DNA of 64,000 nucleotides from a virus (Duplodnaviria; Heunggongvirae; Uroviricota; Caudoviricetes): positions 160,001-224,000 of IMG/VR virus record IMGVR_UViG_3300044557_000292, one strand, 5' to 3'. Within the stretch, counting starts at the first letter, position 1; every line of letters begins with the position of its first letter. Positions 1 to 11,061 of the stretch are shown here, one piece after another. Both the position numbers and the translations under genes were made by a program. The notes beneath the pieces are model-generated. The model saw only the letters and a list, made by a program, of their open reading frames with translations. It did no database searches and had not been told where the DNA came from.

Positions 1-692
1 TTATTCAACTTAAGACGCTTGTTCTCAAGGGACAGCTTCTTCAGCTTTGACTGTAGAATGCTGACCTGGTTCTGCAGGTCACCGTACTTAGAGTTACCAG
101 GCTGATCGGTAGCTCCAGCCTTGGTCATCCTCTTGATCTTATCGTTAAGCTTGACGATCTCCATTTGCGCTTGCTGTAACTCGACCTCTGCCGTTGATGG
201 CTGGCCGGTCATGACCGTAAGCCCGTCACTCATCTCAGCATTCAGCTTAGAGTTATGGAGGTCTGTTGACATCTTGTCGATCTGTGACGCCATCTTAGCC
301 ACGTCTTTATTCCTCTTCTTGAGGAGATCTAGAAGGTAGGATACGGTGTTATACGTGGATTCATAGAAGGCATCAACCATCTTAGTGTCATAGCCCTCTG
401 GACGGGTCATGTCGAAGGTCACGCGGTCGAAGTCCTCGGGTAGCATGTACTCGTCAGGAATAGAGTAATTCTCCTGCACGCCCAGGAGGCTGAGGATGTC
501 AGACTTAGAATCGGTTACCGCGGACGCGCCATCTGATCCAACTGATTCCTTCTCTCCTATAGCATTAAGGACAGACTGTGGTATCCCATTCGCTGGATTA
601 CCCTGATTGGAGGAGACCCTCCCCGAATTCCGATTGGGTTCACCAGGGACGATCGACGCGACCATTCCTTTTATCCTATCAAGAATACTCAT
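1..692 (-). CDS. DivIVA-domain coiled-coil protein (3' end runs off the window start)
   Basis: Not in the ORF track; translated by hand from ATG 692 (MSILDRIKGMVAS...), open to position 1. Contains TFDMTRPEGYDTKMVDAFYE, like the DivIVA F-x4-GYDxxEVDxFL motif, then coiled-coil. Upstream AAGGA RBS and TGATATCTTA motif. Confidence 0.6.
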   Translation of the reverse strand, partial: MSILDRIKGMVASIVPGEPNRNSGRVSSNQGNPANGIPQSVLNAIGEKESVGSDGASAVTDSKSDILSLLGVQENYSIPDEYMLPEDFDRVTFDMTRPEGYDTKMVDAFYESTYNTVSYLLDLLKKRNKDVAKMASQIDKMSTDLHNSKLNAEMSDGLTVMTGQPSTAEVELQQAQMEIVKLNDKIKRMTKAGATDQPGNSKYGDLQNQVSILQSKLKKLSLENKRLKLN

Positions 693-718
693 AGTTCCAT
701 TCCTTCACTAGATGATGT

Positions 719-728
719 TAAGATATCA
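719..728 (-). promoter_or_regulatory. Class A motif TGATATCTTA (representative; also 11105, 18814, 21505, 26528, 27922, 35587 and variants)
   Basis: Exact 10-mer found 5-100 nt upstream of minus-strand gene starts; extended -10 shape TG-n-TATCTT. Confidence 0.8.
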
Positions 729-755
729 AGACCATATTCATTAAGCGTAACCAGA

Positions 756-3700
756 TCATTGCAATGGACCCACGATGGCCTCAATGTCCTCGATCGAACT
801 AATAGCATTCTCATCCCTACAGTTATCGCACACGTAATAACCACCGTACTCTGTGAGCTCTTCCCAGAAGAACTTCTTCTCGCAGATGATGCACGGCTGT
901 CCAGTCCTCTCCCTGAGCTCTTGATCAACATCACCCTTGAATCCTTCAGCCCTAAGCTTAGCTCGAACATCATTCCTATTCTTGATCGACTTCGCCTGAT
1001 TACCTATCTGGTTGATCTGTCGACCCATTGACGTCTTATACATGGCCATCTTTCCTTGCGTCTTGAATCCAGTGGATGCACCACGGGCAGCACCATGCAT
1101 GATCTGCTTGAAGGTCCCATGCACAGCATTCCCGTGACGATCAGTAGCCCCATAACGCTCTTTACCGGTAACGATCTTATTACCCCACTTGTCAGTCTTG
1201 AAGGTCTTTCCATCTGACTCCATGGCATAGATCTTCTTACGCTTTACTGTACCGAGCGCAGCTCCACCAGCGACGGCTCCAGCGAACTTTCCAGTGCCTG
1301 TGATCATTCCCGTCATCTTCGAGCCAACCCTGCTCATAGTGCTGTTCTCACTTGCGTGCATCATCCTCATGAACATCTGGACGAGCTTATCCCTGTTCGA
1401 GTAGATCGCGTATCCAATGAAGATTGCCAGCATGATTGACTTGAGGTAGTCCATCATACCCGTTATACTGTCATACACCTTTGATGTCAGCACGAGGACG
1501 ATCACGTACAGGAGACCGTATGACACTCTCTTCACGATGATAGCCCATAGCATCTGTAGATACTGGCTAACGATCTGCGAGCCTGGACCCGCCCACAATC
1601 CCATAAGGAGGACAACTGGCGCGAATGCCATCAGAATGACAGACCCGCACGCGAGGAGTACAAGCGCGCCACCAAGGAAGAGTGGCACGATGAGTCCAAC
1701 AAGAGCTATGATGCTCATGAAGGCGATTCCTATTCTGCCCCATGCGTTACCCCCAATCCAATCATTCCAATATGACGTCACTTCAGCGCCGGGCATCTTC
1801 TCATACCTCAGAAGCTCATCAGATCCAGCGAACGCAATCTGGTCATCTGCCGTCGATCCCGGGACGCTAGAAGCGCTGCCGCCAGTGCCCAGCCTGTAGG
1901 CCTGATCGTACGCCCCCATTCCTCCGCTTCCAGCGGAGCTTAGTACAGATGATACGCCATTATAGATAGCAACCCTACCAGATCCTATGAGAACATCACC
2001 TGGTCTCAATCCAGAACCGGTATCGTAGTTCACGCCAGCATCAATCTTATGGAATCCGGCATTAGTAAGAGCATTGGGCAGCCCGTTAAGATCTGATTGT
2101 TTGATTGATATACCAGCGGCATTATAGGAGTCTATAATGAATCCAACCTGATCTTTATTCTGAGATCCGGAGTTCACGGAATCTTGAGCTTTACCGACCG
2201 CCTTATTGACTGTTGTGACCGAGCTGTGATTCTTCGAGTCAGACTGGTTGATCGTGTCGTATCCAGAGACGACGTCAGCAACCCTCCACCAGTCACCGTT
2301 AGTAGAGTCAATGATACGTCCACTCTTCTGGATCTGGTCGACAGACGTATAATTGACCTTATCCTTGTTCTCAATCTTACCAGTCTTAGGATCAGCTATC
2401 GTGGATGGTATATGATCTTTCGACTGTGCGGATATCTGGTAGACAGCCCAGTTATGCATGACTTGCCCATCACCTAGCGGAACAGCGGCCAAACCAGTCC
2501 AATCACCCTGAACGCCCTTAGGATTGATCTCACTACCTGAACCCTCAGCGTACCCAGACGCATACAGGTTATCAACATTAGTTCCATACTGTCCAAGAGC
2601 CCACGGTATAAGCGTGAAGACCCTCCAGAACTGGCACGTCATGGTTCGGGATGTCCCGTTAGTAAGATTGTCAGCCCACCCCTGAATGCCGTCAACATTG
2701 ATCTTACCATTCTTGAAGAGGTCAAGGCTGGCATCCTTCTTGACCGTCGTTGACGTGAGATCAGTGCTGCACATCTCCGAAGACCCGCCTTGGATCGTGT
2801 TCGTCATGGCTGACATGGCGATGTATTGCAGCGCAGAACCAGCAGTGTTCGCAAGATTGGCGAATATTGTTGGCATGGCCAGCATGAGGTATCCAAGGAA
2901 GAAGCAGACAAGTACTTGGGCAAGATCTTTCATGGCTGAGGCGAACTGCCGTTTGGCAATAGCCTTCCATGCGAGATATCCTCCAGTGAGGAGAATCATG
3001 AACGCTGCCAGGGGAACGAAGAGACCGTTCAGAAGATTCTTCATGATGCTGGCAGCAACGTCATCAAGCCCCATTGCGCCAGCAACATTACTGAAACTCA
3101 GGCTGATAAACGTGTTGTTGACGGCGACCAGCGACTTCGTAACCCAGAAGATCGAGTTCGCAATGTTGAGGGCAAAGTTGTTATTGAACGTGGCTATGAC
3201 TGGTGAGCCCTTGAGCTTAACCCGTGGATCAGAAGACGAGTATCGATCAGCGTACTGGTCAAGAGGCCTATTCCTGTTAGGATAGTAAAGATTAAGCTCT
3301 GGATCTTCTGGGGCCTTATCGTCATCACCGGTTCCATTAGCACCGCAGTAATAGACCTTAATCCAATTCCACTCACCCTGGTACCCAGTCCATTTGAGTG
3401 GGCTGAACCCGAAAAGATCGTATGGAGTGTACTTCTTACCACCGCCGTTCTGGGTGTTCACGATGCTCAGTGTGGCCGCATCAAAATCTTTTCTCGTGAG
3501 GGCATTAGGCCAGCTGTCATTGCCAGATTCCGCCTCTGCGCCCACCTCGCTCTTCGATACAAGATTCTTCTGCAGATCCTCGGTCTGGGTGATCTGGTAG
3601 ATCATCCTCATTGGTGACGGGCTATAGTCAGATGAATCGGAAGACTCGGAGTCATCCGCATTGTCTGTTCCCCAAGTGCACAGAACGTGTCGAATAAGAT

Positions 3701-3875
3701 CAGCATCGGCCTGCTGTTGGCCAACTCCAGCAATGACCAGTGAAGATGAAAGCGCGGTCATGACGAGGAGGATTACTGATAAGAACACTCTTATCCTTGA
3801 GGGCCATCGATGCAGAGGGCGTACAGACACCCTGTCAACATACGCTGCGCTCATAGTCCTCGCCTCCGTAACCAT
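756..3875 (-). CDS. Large polytopic membrane protein, VirB6/TrbL-like conjugation channel paralog 1, with a degenerate NlpC/P60 insert and C-terminal CxxC..CxxC
   Basis: 1039 aa; signal/TM N-terminus and two TM clusters. Motifs LKWTGYQGE, CQFWRVFTLIPWALGQYG and HNWAVYQ are shared with ORFs 3949..11061 and 15460..18759. Confidence 0.6.
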   Translation of the reverse strand: MVTEARTMSAAYVDRVSVRPLHRWPSRIRVFLSVILLVMTALSSSLVIAGVGQQQADADLIRHVLCTWGTDNADDSESSDSSDYSPSPMRMIYQITQTEDLQKNLVSKSEVGAEAESGNDSWPNALTRKDFDAATLSIVNTQNGGGKKYTPYDLFGFSPLKWTGYQGEWNWIKVYYCGANGTGDDDKAPEDPELNLYYPNRNRPLDQYADRYSSSDPRVKLKGSPVIATFNNNFALNIANSIFWVTKSLVAVNNTFISLSFSNVAGAMGLDDVAASIMKNLLNGLFVPLAAFMILLTGGYLAWKAIAKRQFASAMKDLAQVLVCFFLGYLMLAMPTIFANLANTAGSALQYIAMSAMTNTIQGGSSEMCSTDLTSTTVKKDASLDLFKNGKINVDGIQGWADNLTNGTSRTMTCQFWRVFTLIPWALGQYGTNVDNLYASGYAEGSGSEINPKGVQGDWTGLAAVPLGDGQVMHNWAVYQISAQSKDHIPSTIADPKTGKIENKDKVNYTSVDQIQKSGRIIDSTNGDWWRVADVVSGYDTINQSDSKNHSSVTTVNKAVGKAQDSVNSGSQNKDQVGFIIDSYNAAGISIKQSDLNGLPNALTNAGFHKIDAGVNYDTGSGLRPGDVLIGSGRVAIYNGVSSVLSSAGSGGMGAYDQAYRLGTGGSASSVPGSTADDQIAFAGSDELLRYEKMPGAEVTSYWNDWIGGNAWGRIGIAFMSIIALVGLIVPLFLGGALVLLACGSVILMAFAPVVLLMGLWAGPGSQIVSQYLQMLWAIIVKRVSYGLLYVIVLVLTSKVYDSITGMMDYLKSIMLAIFIGYAIYSNRDKLVQMFMRMMHASENSTMSRVGSKMTGMITGTGKFAGAVAGGAALGTVKRKKIYAMESDGKTFKTDKWGNKIVTGKERYGATDRHGNAVHGTFKQIMHGAARGASTGFKTQGKMAMYKTSMGRQINQIGNQAKSIKNRNDVRAKLRAEGFKGDVDQELRERTGQPCIICEKKFFWEELTEYGGYYVCDNCRDENAISSIEDIEAIVGPLQ

Positions 3876-3948
3876 AAATAATGAACCATATGTAAGATAT
3901 CGCTAGATTTCGCTATCAACGACCATCAAACAGGATTGATTTAAATCG

Positions 3949-6900
3949 TTAGCTCTTCCTGCGTGAGTCACGCTTCCTCCTCTGGTGGCGCTCCTCGGCC
4001 ATCTCACTCCACGTCTTCCTCTTCTTAGCATACTTGAGTGTCTCGTCATTAATGATCGTGTTGTTCCTATTCTTATCACTGCTCTCAAGAACATAGTTAT
4101 TTTTTCCAGAGAAACTAGAACTGACCCTTTCCTCGGAGATCTTACCCCCTTTTCTTCCAATGGGGGGAGTGTCTCTAAGCTCGGCGGCATGGTTTTTAAT
4201 AGTCTCATGATAATCATCTAGTCGTTCTGTAGGATTGCCTGCAGCGTGGCTCCTCGTCGTCCTCGTTCCCCGTCTGGTGGTATTACTAGACGAGCTTGAG
4301 GATGTTGACGCATTGTCACCATCGTCAGCTGGTTGACTAGAACCGTGCGAGGATTGTCCAGCGTTATCGTTAGTGCTGCCACTAGATGATGCAGGAGTTG
4401 ATGCAGTACTACCGGGTGTCGTTGATCCACGGGTTCCTTGATGAGCCCGCGTGCTTTCATCAGGGGCACTGCTTGAGCCCGCGGAACGATTTGGGGCAGC
4501 GGACGGGCGTGGAGACGCAGGCGGCACGCTGCCAATGTTCTCATTGTCATGGCGACCTCTGTTCAGCACGCTATGAGCATGGCCCTTGTCGAGGAAATCA
4601 TCCACCTGCTTAGCGTCATCATGGCGAGCAGCATTATACTCATCCTGCTCCTGAACATCGCGGACGGTCTCCTCAGGAGTCCACCGCGACCCATCATTGC
4701 TAGCATGATTCCGATCAAGCGTGTCATTATAAGCCTTATGTGAGTCAGCCCTAGCCAACTCCTCGGCCTTGAACGGATTATCAGCGTGCTTCTGCCAGTA
4801 TCCCAGACGATCCTTGTAAACGGCATCTTCCATCTCAGAGGCCTTAGCGGGCGCGGTGATCCTCCTGGCGTCTATTCCCTCCGCAGTCGCCTTGGCGTTC
4901 ATTGAGGAATCGTCATCATCAGCGAGACCCTCCGCTCTACTAGAGTCATCAACCCATTCGGTCCTATCATGACTGAACGGCCTCCTCCTGGGAACATGAA
5001 CCCTCTTCTTGCCCTCAGATGCAGCCGTATAATCCTCCTCGGCTTCGGCAACCTCGTGAACCTCGTCTTTAGAGATCCTGTTAACGTTGAAAACACTGAA
5101 CTCTCCAGTACCATCAGTAGCTAGTCTGGCGCCCTCAACACCACGAGTTTTATTTACCATCCTATTGAAGAATCCGGCAGTAGAGGAATTAGAATTCTTG
5201 ATCGCCCTGGTGGCAGAATCATCAGACCCGTTGATGGTCGTCCTCAATTCTTCCATGGCCTCATTCTGTAGAGACTTGATCTTTGCGACGTTGTCTACAA
5301 TTGAACCGTCGGGGAGCACGATCCTCTGAGTATCATTGAGAATATCATTCTTCCTATCAGACTCCAGCTTCATCTGATATGCAATATCCTTCTTAATAAC
5401 CTCAATTTGCGACTGGGCTTCTTTCTGCTTAGAGATGTTATCATCAAGCTCTTTCTTAAGCTTCATGACCTCCTCCGAATGGACGGTGGTAACGCTGGTG
5501 AACATTGAGTCTGTGGGTTCGGTCTTGATCTCTATCTCGTCTTGTAGTAGTGTAGCCTCACTCTGCAACTGCGAAAGATTCACAGCCTCAGTTGTCCTCT
5601 CTGATTTAAGGTTTTCAATATTACGGGCAATGTCGAGATCTTCCCTACCAGTCTGATCAAGTATCCCGCTAGCCTGTTGAGCCTTCTTGGTCGTTATGAT
5701 CTGATTCTCTGCCGTCTTCACGGCAGCAGATAGGGCGATGGTCTCATTGATCTTATTCTCATAGTCACGATCACCCATCTCACCAGACTCATGCTTCTTC
5801 TTATACGTGTCAATCTTGGACGTCACCGTATCGCGCCATGATGCTTCCATGGCCTTAGACTTAGACACGTTATGAGAGTCAACCACGTACTGGCTTTGTA
5901 GGGACGACTTGCCCTCCGCGATCTTCCTCATGGCAGTCTCATAGTCTTTCCTCTCGTCGGATCCAGGAGCATATGCGTTAATATCACCGTAAGCCGTCCT
6001 TATGGCTTCCTCCTGGGTCTTGAGATCGCGCATGCCCTGCTCATACTTTGAGGACAATTCCATCATTCTTGAACGGATCGCGCGTTGACCAGCCGGGGTT
6101 GCCTCCTCAGCAAGTGCTTGGGTGTATTCAGGTCCAAGCACTTCTTTAAGGGCGGCGCGGCGCTCGGCCTCGAATCGGTCAGTAACGTTAGCGGTGGCAA
6201 GATCCATCTTCATCTCGTCAATCTTATTCACACTACTAGACTCGATGTTACTCATGACCTTCTCACGAGCTATATTCTCATCCCTAAGTGTAGCCGTTGA
6301 CACGTCTTTATCATCAGCCGCAAGCTGCGCGTTCACCATGAACTCAATGTCTTCAGGATCATATCCCCAATCATTGATCTTATGATCTATAATCTGCTCA
6401 TTGTTGAGAATGTCCCCGACCTCAGCCCTCACCTGACGCCAGTCACCGTTCTGCATGGCCATATCTATGTCTGCCTGCAGCATCATTGGGTTGGCGGTTG
6501 ATGTGATGATCCTCCTCAGCTCGTTATCATCGATATCATTGATACCAATGGCCTCACGGAGACTGGTTATCGGCTTACCGTACTCATCTGTTCCGAAGAA
6601 CCCGTTGTCCTTATCAACAGCAGCCATAAGCTCTAACTGTGACTGACTCACCCTGTTGTCAAGATCTGTATCCATATCATGATCAAGTTCAAGGAGGAAG
6701 TTCGACTGACCATTCCTCAGCCTACTCAGCCTTGAACGATTCATGATCCTACTGATCCTGAATGAAGCTTCTGAAGCCAAGGAGATGTCTTGAACGGTCA
6801 GACCATTCTTATCATAGACATCATGACGATTCCTCTCCCTCTTAGCCAAATCCATCTTATTCTTGACGACGCTCTTTAGGGCGGCACCTGCAGCGGCGCC

Positions 6901-9900
6901 ACCAGCACCACGCGCAGCGTTAAGCTGAGCTGTAAGATCAGCATCGTTCATGGTCTTCTGCAGTCGCATCTTCCTCAGCATGGCATTCTGAACGACCAGG
7001 TACTGCTTCCTCTTCGCCTGGTAGGCAGCGTTGATTGGGATGATCTTATTCTCGTTTATAGCGGCGAGCTCCCGCGTAAGCCTAGCGCGCTCGGCTTCCT
7101 TACCAGGAACACCCCTTAGCGCGCGAAGCTGCCTTCGTATTGAGTTCGCTTCAGCATTAACACCATCAAGCTTGCCCTTAAGAGCCATAAGACTGTTGTA
7201 CTTGCCCACCATGTCCTGAGTGGCTGACCCGACGCCATTCTTGAAGTTGATATTATTCCCAGCCGTAACAGCTTTTACGTCAAGCTTGATGATCCCATCT
7301 CCGCCGGTGACGGGATGGCCATCTCCATCCCTCTTCATGAGACTGTTGACTCCAGAGATCTGCTTGTTGAGGCGACCACGCACCTTGCTCCTACTATTCT
7401 CATCGCCAGCATTTCCAGCAAGAATGAGTCCAATAGCCGCGCCAGTACCGCCAACGAAGATGTCATGAGCGTTCTGCCTCATCGTGCTCGTGAACGTGTT
7501 ATTAGATATGGCGTTGGAGATCGCATTCTCCTTATTCTTCCAATCACCGGCCTTACTGTCAATATTGGCCATCACGTTGCTCATAAGCTCATCTGCATAG
7601 AACATGATGGACAGGCAGACCACATAGATTCCAATCACTGCCACCGTCCACGACGTTGACGGTCCGTCGGCCACTTCTAGCATGATTACTAGGGCTATGC
7701 ATAGGAACACGGTCGATAGTATTCTCTTGATGATGTTAGACGCAATGTCGAACAGGTACGTCTTCATCTTGTTCCATCCGCTACCAGGCATAGCACCAAT
7801 GAGGAATACGAACGGTGAAGCCAGGAGTAGAAGGGAGACCATGACCGTGTACCTGATCTTCTTGAGGGCGAGTCCTCCAATAGCGATGAGCCCAAGGATG
7901 GCAGCAGGTAATGCGGTGAGACCAATGACGAACTTGGTGTTCGTAGCACCACGCCACGTATCCCAGTGCGATGCGTCCCTACCAGCGCCGTTATTCGGAC
8001 CGGCCTGGAGATCCACAAGCCTGTACATGTTCTTATCAACAGTCTTAGCACTCGTCTTATCGGCCGTGCTAATTGTTCCCGATGTAGTATGGGCCAACTG
8101 ATAGATAGCCCAGTTGTGAAGCGTGACGCCACCACCCATGTTCACGTCAGCCGTTCCAACAACATCCTGCGTGGCCTGATTGATGTTGAACTCATTAGAG
8201 TTTGCCTGGCCCTCTGAGGTCGAGTACCCGGTAGCCCATAGCTGGTTAGCACTCACGCCGAATTGCCCGTATGACCATGGGGTGAGGACGAACGTCTCCC
8301 AAACCTTGCACTGGAGAACCCGAATCTGCGCGTCAGGATTATACCCGGTATTAGTTCCGTCAAGATTACGGAATGACCCCGCTCCAAGCGTGCCCTTGGG
8401 AGCGCCGGTAGCGTCACAGATCTGGTCTTTGTCATTGCCGTTGAAGATGGTTCCTATGGCCGCCCTCTCCACGGCTGTTGGAAGATCATCAACCGCCTTG
8501 AACATGAGATCGGTATTGAACAGGAGAACCGATCCTAGGAATACGGCAAGGAGGACCATGCCAATCTGCTGGAACGCGGCTATCGGCTGCCCTCTGACCA
8601 GCTTGATAATGATCATGAGCCCAGCGAGGCCAACAATGATAGCAATGAACTGCATGTACACGGAATCGCGAAGAGCGTTAACACCATTCTTTACGAGATC
8701 AGTGAACCCGAGCTTGGTTAGTATCGGCTCAAAGCTCCACCCGACAAGCGTGTTCAGGAAGATGACCACGTTCTGGCTAGCGCCAAGCATCCTCTGACCA
8801 TACTCATCCATCTTGTTACCTATGAGAAGGTCAAAGAGGTTAAAGCCCTCGTATGCTTGACGCCTTGTGTCCTTGTACGCATTGTCATTGCCCTTATGGG
8901 AAGACCCATAAAGACCACCAATGATCGTAGGACGCGGCTGGGTTGACGAGCACTGCCACGTTCCATCACTCTTGAAGGCCTCAAGACCAGGATCAGACAT
9001 AATACCCTGTGATACTGCCATCTGAATATAATAGTTCTGTGAGTGCCCCTTAGGATTGCCTTGATCATCAACGCAATACCAATCCCCGATCGAGTTCAGA
9101 CTGAGGTTCAGCTTGATGGCCTTGACAGCAGTATTAATAATACTGCCTATTTGATTGTTATACGAGTTCTCCTTGATCTTCTGATTCTCATTGGCCGCTG
9201 CCTTTTTCATGGCAGGATTCCAATCATTGCTTATAGCCTGGTACTTAGCGTTCGCGTCCCCCGTTATCCCATCATAATTCGAGATGTTGAGTCCTATGGC
9301 ATTGGCCTTATCATCGATACCAGTCCTATTCTTGTACTCAGCCCATGTTTCCAGTTTCTGCACTTGCTTGCACTGCCGTTCAGGCTCACTGGTATCGGGG
9401 TCAGTCACGATAGTACCGTCAGTATTCTTCTTGTCTTCCTTATCCTCATCATCACAGGTGTCTGGTCTCACAAGCTTGGTCTTCGGAGCATCTGGAATAG
9501 CGTGCTCGGAATAGTACGCTGCAAAATCTAGCTTGTCAAGCGTGTGATTAGCAATCTCACTCCACATGGCCGCCTTGGCCTTGAATGACGTGAGCGCGGT
9601 CTTCTCGATAGATGTTAGCTCTCTTACACCGTACACGGTCTGTGAAACGAAGTCTGGACGATACCAGGATCCTGCCACCGTCGAACCAGCTTCAATCGAG
9701 TACAATAGGTCTGAGAACAGGCTGTATCCGCCAGCCGCGAAACCGGCGCCCAGATGCTTCCAAGGATTAATGAACCCGAAGAACCCCTTCGTCCTAGTCC
9801 ACCAATCGTTATTACGATCTGTGAACTCGCCCCAATCATGGGCGGCGTCGTCTTTAATAGCCGTTCCAAACGATGCCAGGGCGTTACCGGCGACCTTGAG

Positions 9901-11061
9901 AGCATTGCCGAGGCTCATTGAGGTACTCAGCCTAACATTGGTCATCACCTTGATGTGATCAAACTCTCCAGCGTATGACGTCCACTTCAGATTATAACCG
10001 AAGAGCTCCATGGCCGTGTACTTGTACCTGCGATCAGACGCGCTTGTTGGCACGCCGTCAGTAGGGAGGAGGTCACCAGCGTATCCGAGACCGAACGCTG
10101 TCTTAGCTGAGGTCTTGTCAGCGTTCTGTAATCCGGTGGCCGTGACGAGTGACGCTAGATCCTGAATCGCCTCTGTCCCAATGTTCGGGATATCACAGTT
10201 AGACGTGTTCAGGGTTGGGGTTCCAGTCTTCCCAGTGATCTGATCTGTGAGGCCCGTCTTGCACTCCATGTCACGCCATGCGTACATGTGGGCCGTACTG
10301 GGGGAAGAGTTCTTACTCTTCTCCGTTCTCTCGTCAGACGCCTTACCGATATCAGCGGGGCTGCCCTTCGAACCGCTGTACGGGGCGACCTTATTACCAT
10401 CGCCGCTATAATTCTGGAAGTCAGAGTTAATGTAATAACCCGGTTCAATGATCCTGTTCACAACCATTGACAAGATGTCTATCAGGGACGGGGTTGAATC
10501 CTGATACGTGTCACTCTGCTTTAACACCTTCTGTAGGAATCCACCAGGATTAGATTTTATGGTCCCACTCGTGTCGGCCGTGTTGTCATCCACGCACTTT
10601 CCAGCGGAATTAACCACGTAGTCTATGCTTGGGCATGAATTCCCATTAGCGTCTTTTGCAATAAGAGAATCATCGCCCGAACTGTTATTGAGCTTCGTGT
10701 CAAGCATAGAGTCAGTACAGCTTGCCGCCTTGCCATCAGCATCATCAGGTTTAGCGCTGCTCGTGCAGTCACCAGATAATGCAGCTGAGGCCTTGGAGGG
10801 TAGAACATCACTAATCGAATTGAGGGTAGATTTCGCATTCTTTGTAGTACTCAGCGACAATCCCGTGACGAATTTACCAAGACCTGAGTTTGACTCAGAC
10901 GATGACCCCACATCTTTCATTGATGACGCTACGTAACCGAATACGAGAGCCATTATGATAAGCACGGCCATTATGGATGAAGACCATTTCTTTATCCCGA
11001 TTGGTAGGGAGGTATGAGAGACGTCCACATTGGAGACATATCCGTTAGCCTGACGCCCCAT
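3949..11061 (-). CDS. Giant membrane protein, VirB6/TrbL-like paralog 2, with a long coiled-coil and low-complexity C-terminal tail
   Basis: 2370 aa; GGAGG RBS. LKWTSYAGE, CKVWETFVLTPWSYGQFG, HNWAIYQL; multiple TM helices; about 1100 aa charged tail ending in an S/T/G-rich region. Confidence 0.6.
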   Translation of the reverse strand: MGRQANGYVSNVDVSHTSLPIGIKKWSSSIMAVLIIMALVFGYVASSMKDVGSSSESNSGLGKFVTGLSLSTTKNAKSTLNSISDVLPSKASAALSGDCTSSAKPDDADGKAASCTDSMLDTKLNNSSGDDSLIAKDANGNSCPSIDYVVNSAGKCVDDNTADTSGTIKSNPGGFLQKVLKQSDTYQDSTPSLIDILSMVVNRIIEPGYYINSDFQNYSGDGNKVAPYSGSKGSPADIGKASDERTEKSKNSSPSTAHMYAWRDMECKTGLTDQITGKTGTPTLNTSNCDIPNIGTEAIQDLASLVTATGLQNADKTSAKTAFGLGYAGDLLPTDGVPTSASDRRYKYTAMELFGYNLKWTSYAGEFDHIKVMTNVRLSTSMSLGNALKVAGNALASFGTAIKDDAAHDWGEFTDRNNDWWTRTKGFFGFINPWKHLGAGFAAGGYSLFSDLLYSIEAGSTVAGSWYRPDFVSQTVYGVRELTSIEKTALTSFKAKAAMWSEIANHTLDKLDFAAYYSEHAIPDAPKTKLVRPDTCDDEDKEDKKNTDGTIVTDPDTSEPERQCKQVQKLETWAEYKNRTGIDDKANAIGLNISNYDGITGDANAKYQAISNDWNPAMKKAAANENQKIKENSYNNQIGSIINTAVKAIKLNLSLNSIGDWYCVDDQGNPKGHSQNYYIQMAVSQGIMSDPGLEAFKSDGTWQCSSTQPRPTIIGGLYGSSHKGNDNAYKDTRRQAYEGFNLFDLLIGNKMDEYGQRMLGASQNVVIFLNTLVGWSFEPILTKLGFTDLVKNGVNALRDSVYMQFIAIIVGLAGLMIIIKLVRGQPIAAFQQIGMVLLAVFLGSVLLFNTDLMFKAVDDLPTAVERAAIGTIFNGNDKDQICDATGAPKGTLGAGSFRNLDGTNTGYNPDAQIRVLQCKVWETFVLTPWSYGQFGVSANQLWATGYSTSEGQANSNEFNINQATQDVVGTADVNMGGGVTLHNWAIYQLAHTTSGTISTADKTSAKTVDKNMYRLVDLQAGPNNGAGRDASHWDTWRGATNTKFVIGLTALPAAILGLIAIGGLALKKIRYTVMVSLLLLASPFVFLIGAMPGSGWNKMKTYLFDIASNIIKRILSTVFLCIALVIMLEVADGPSTSWTVAVIGIYVVCLSIMFYADELMSNVMANIDSKAGDWKNKENAISNAISNNTFTSTMRQNAHDIFVGGTGAAIGLILAGNAGDENSRSKVRGRLNKQISGVNSLMKRDGDGHPVTGGDGIIKLDVKAVTAGNNINFKNGVGSATQDMVGKYNSLMALKGKLDGVNAEANSIRRQLRALRGVPGKEAERARLTRELAAINENKIIPINAAYQAKRKQYLVVQNAMLRKMRLQKTMNDADLTAQLNAARGAGGAAAGAALKSVVKNKMDLAKRERNRHDVYDKNGLTVQDISLASEASFRISRIMNRSRLSRLRNGQSNFLLELDHDMDTDLDNRVSQSQLELMAAVDKDNGFFGTDEYGKPITSLREAIGINDIDDNELRRIITSTANPMMLQADIDMAMQNGDWRQVRAEVGDILNNEQIIDHKINDWGYDPEDIEFMVNAQLAADDKDVSTATLRDENIAREKVMSNIESSSVNKIDEMKMDLATANVTDRFEAERRAALKEVLGPEYTQALAEEATPAGQRAIRSRMMELSSKYEQGMRDLKTQEEAIRTAYGDINAYAPGSDERKDYETAMRKIAEGKSSLQSQYVVDSHNVSKSKAMEASWRDTVTSKIDTYKKKHESGEMGDRDYENKINETIALSAAVKTAENQIITTKKAQQASGILDQTGREDLDIARNIENLKSERTTEAVNLSQLQSEATLLQDEIEIKTEPTDSMFTSVTTVHSEEVMKLKKELDDNISKQKEAQSQIEVIKKDIAYQMKLESDRKNDILNDTQRIVLPDGSIVDNVAKIKSLQNEAMEELRTTINGSDDSATRAIKNSNSSTAGFFNRMVNKTRGVEGARLATDGTGEFSVFNVNRISKDEVHEVAEAEEDYTAASEGKKRVHVPRRRPFSHDRTEWVDDSSRAEGLADDDDSSMNAKATAEGIDARRITAPAKASEMEDAVYKDRLGYWQKHADNPFKAEELARADSHKAYNDTLDRNHASNDGSRWTPEETVRDVQEQDEYNAARHDDAKQVDDFLDKGHAHSVLNRGRHDNENIGSVPPASPRPSAAPNRSAGSSSAPDESTRAHQGTRGSTTPGSTASTPASSSGSTNDNAGQSSHGSSQPADDGDNASTSSSSSSNTTRRGTRTTRSHAAGNPTERLDDYHETIKNHAAELRDTPPIGRKGGKISEERVSSSFSGKNNYVLESSDKNRNNTIINDETLKYAKKRKTWSEMAEERHQRRKRDSRRKS

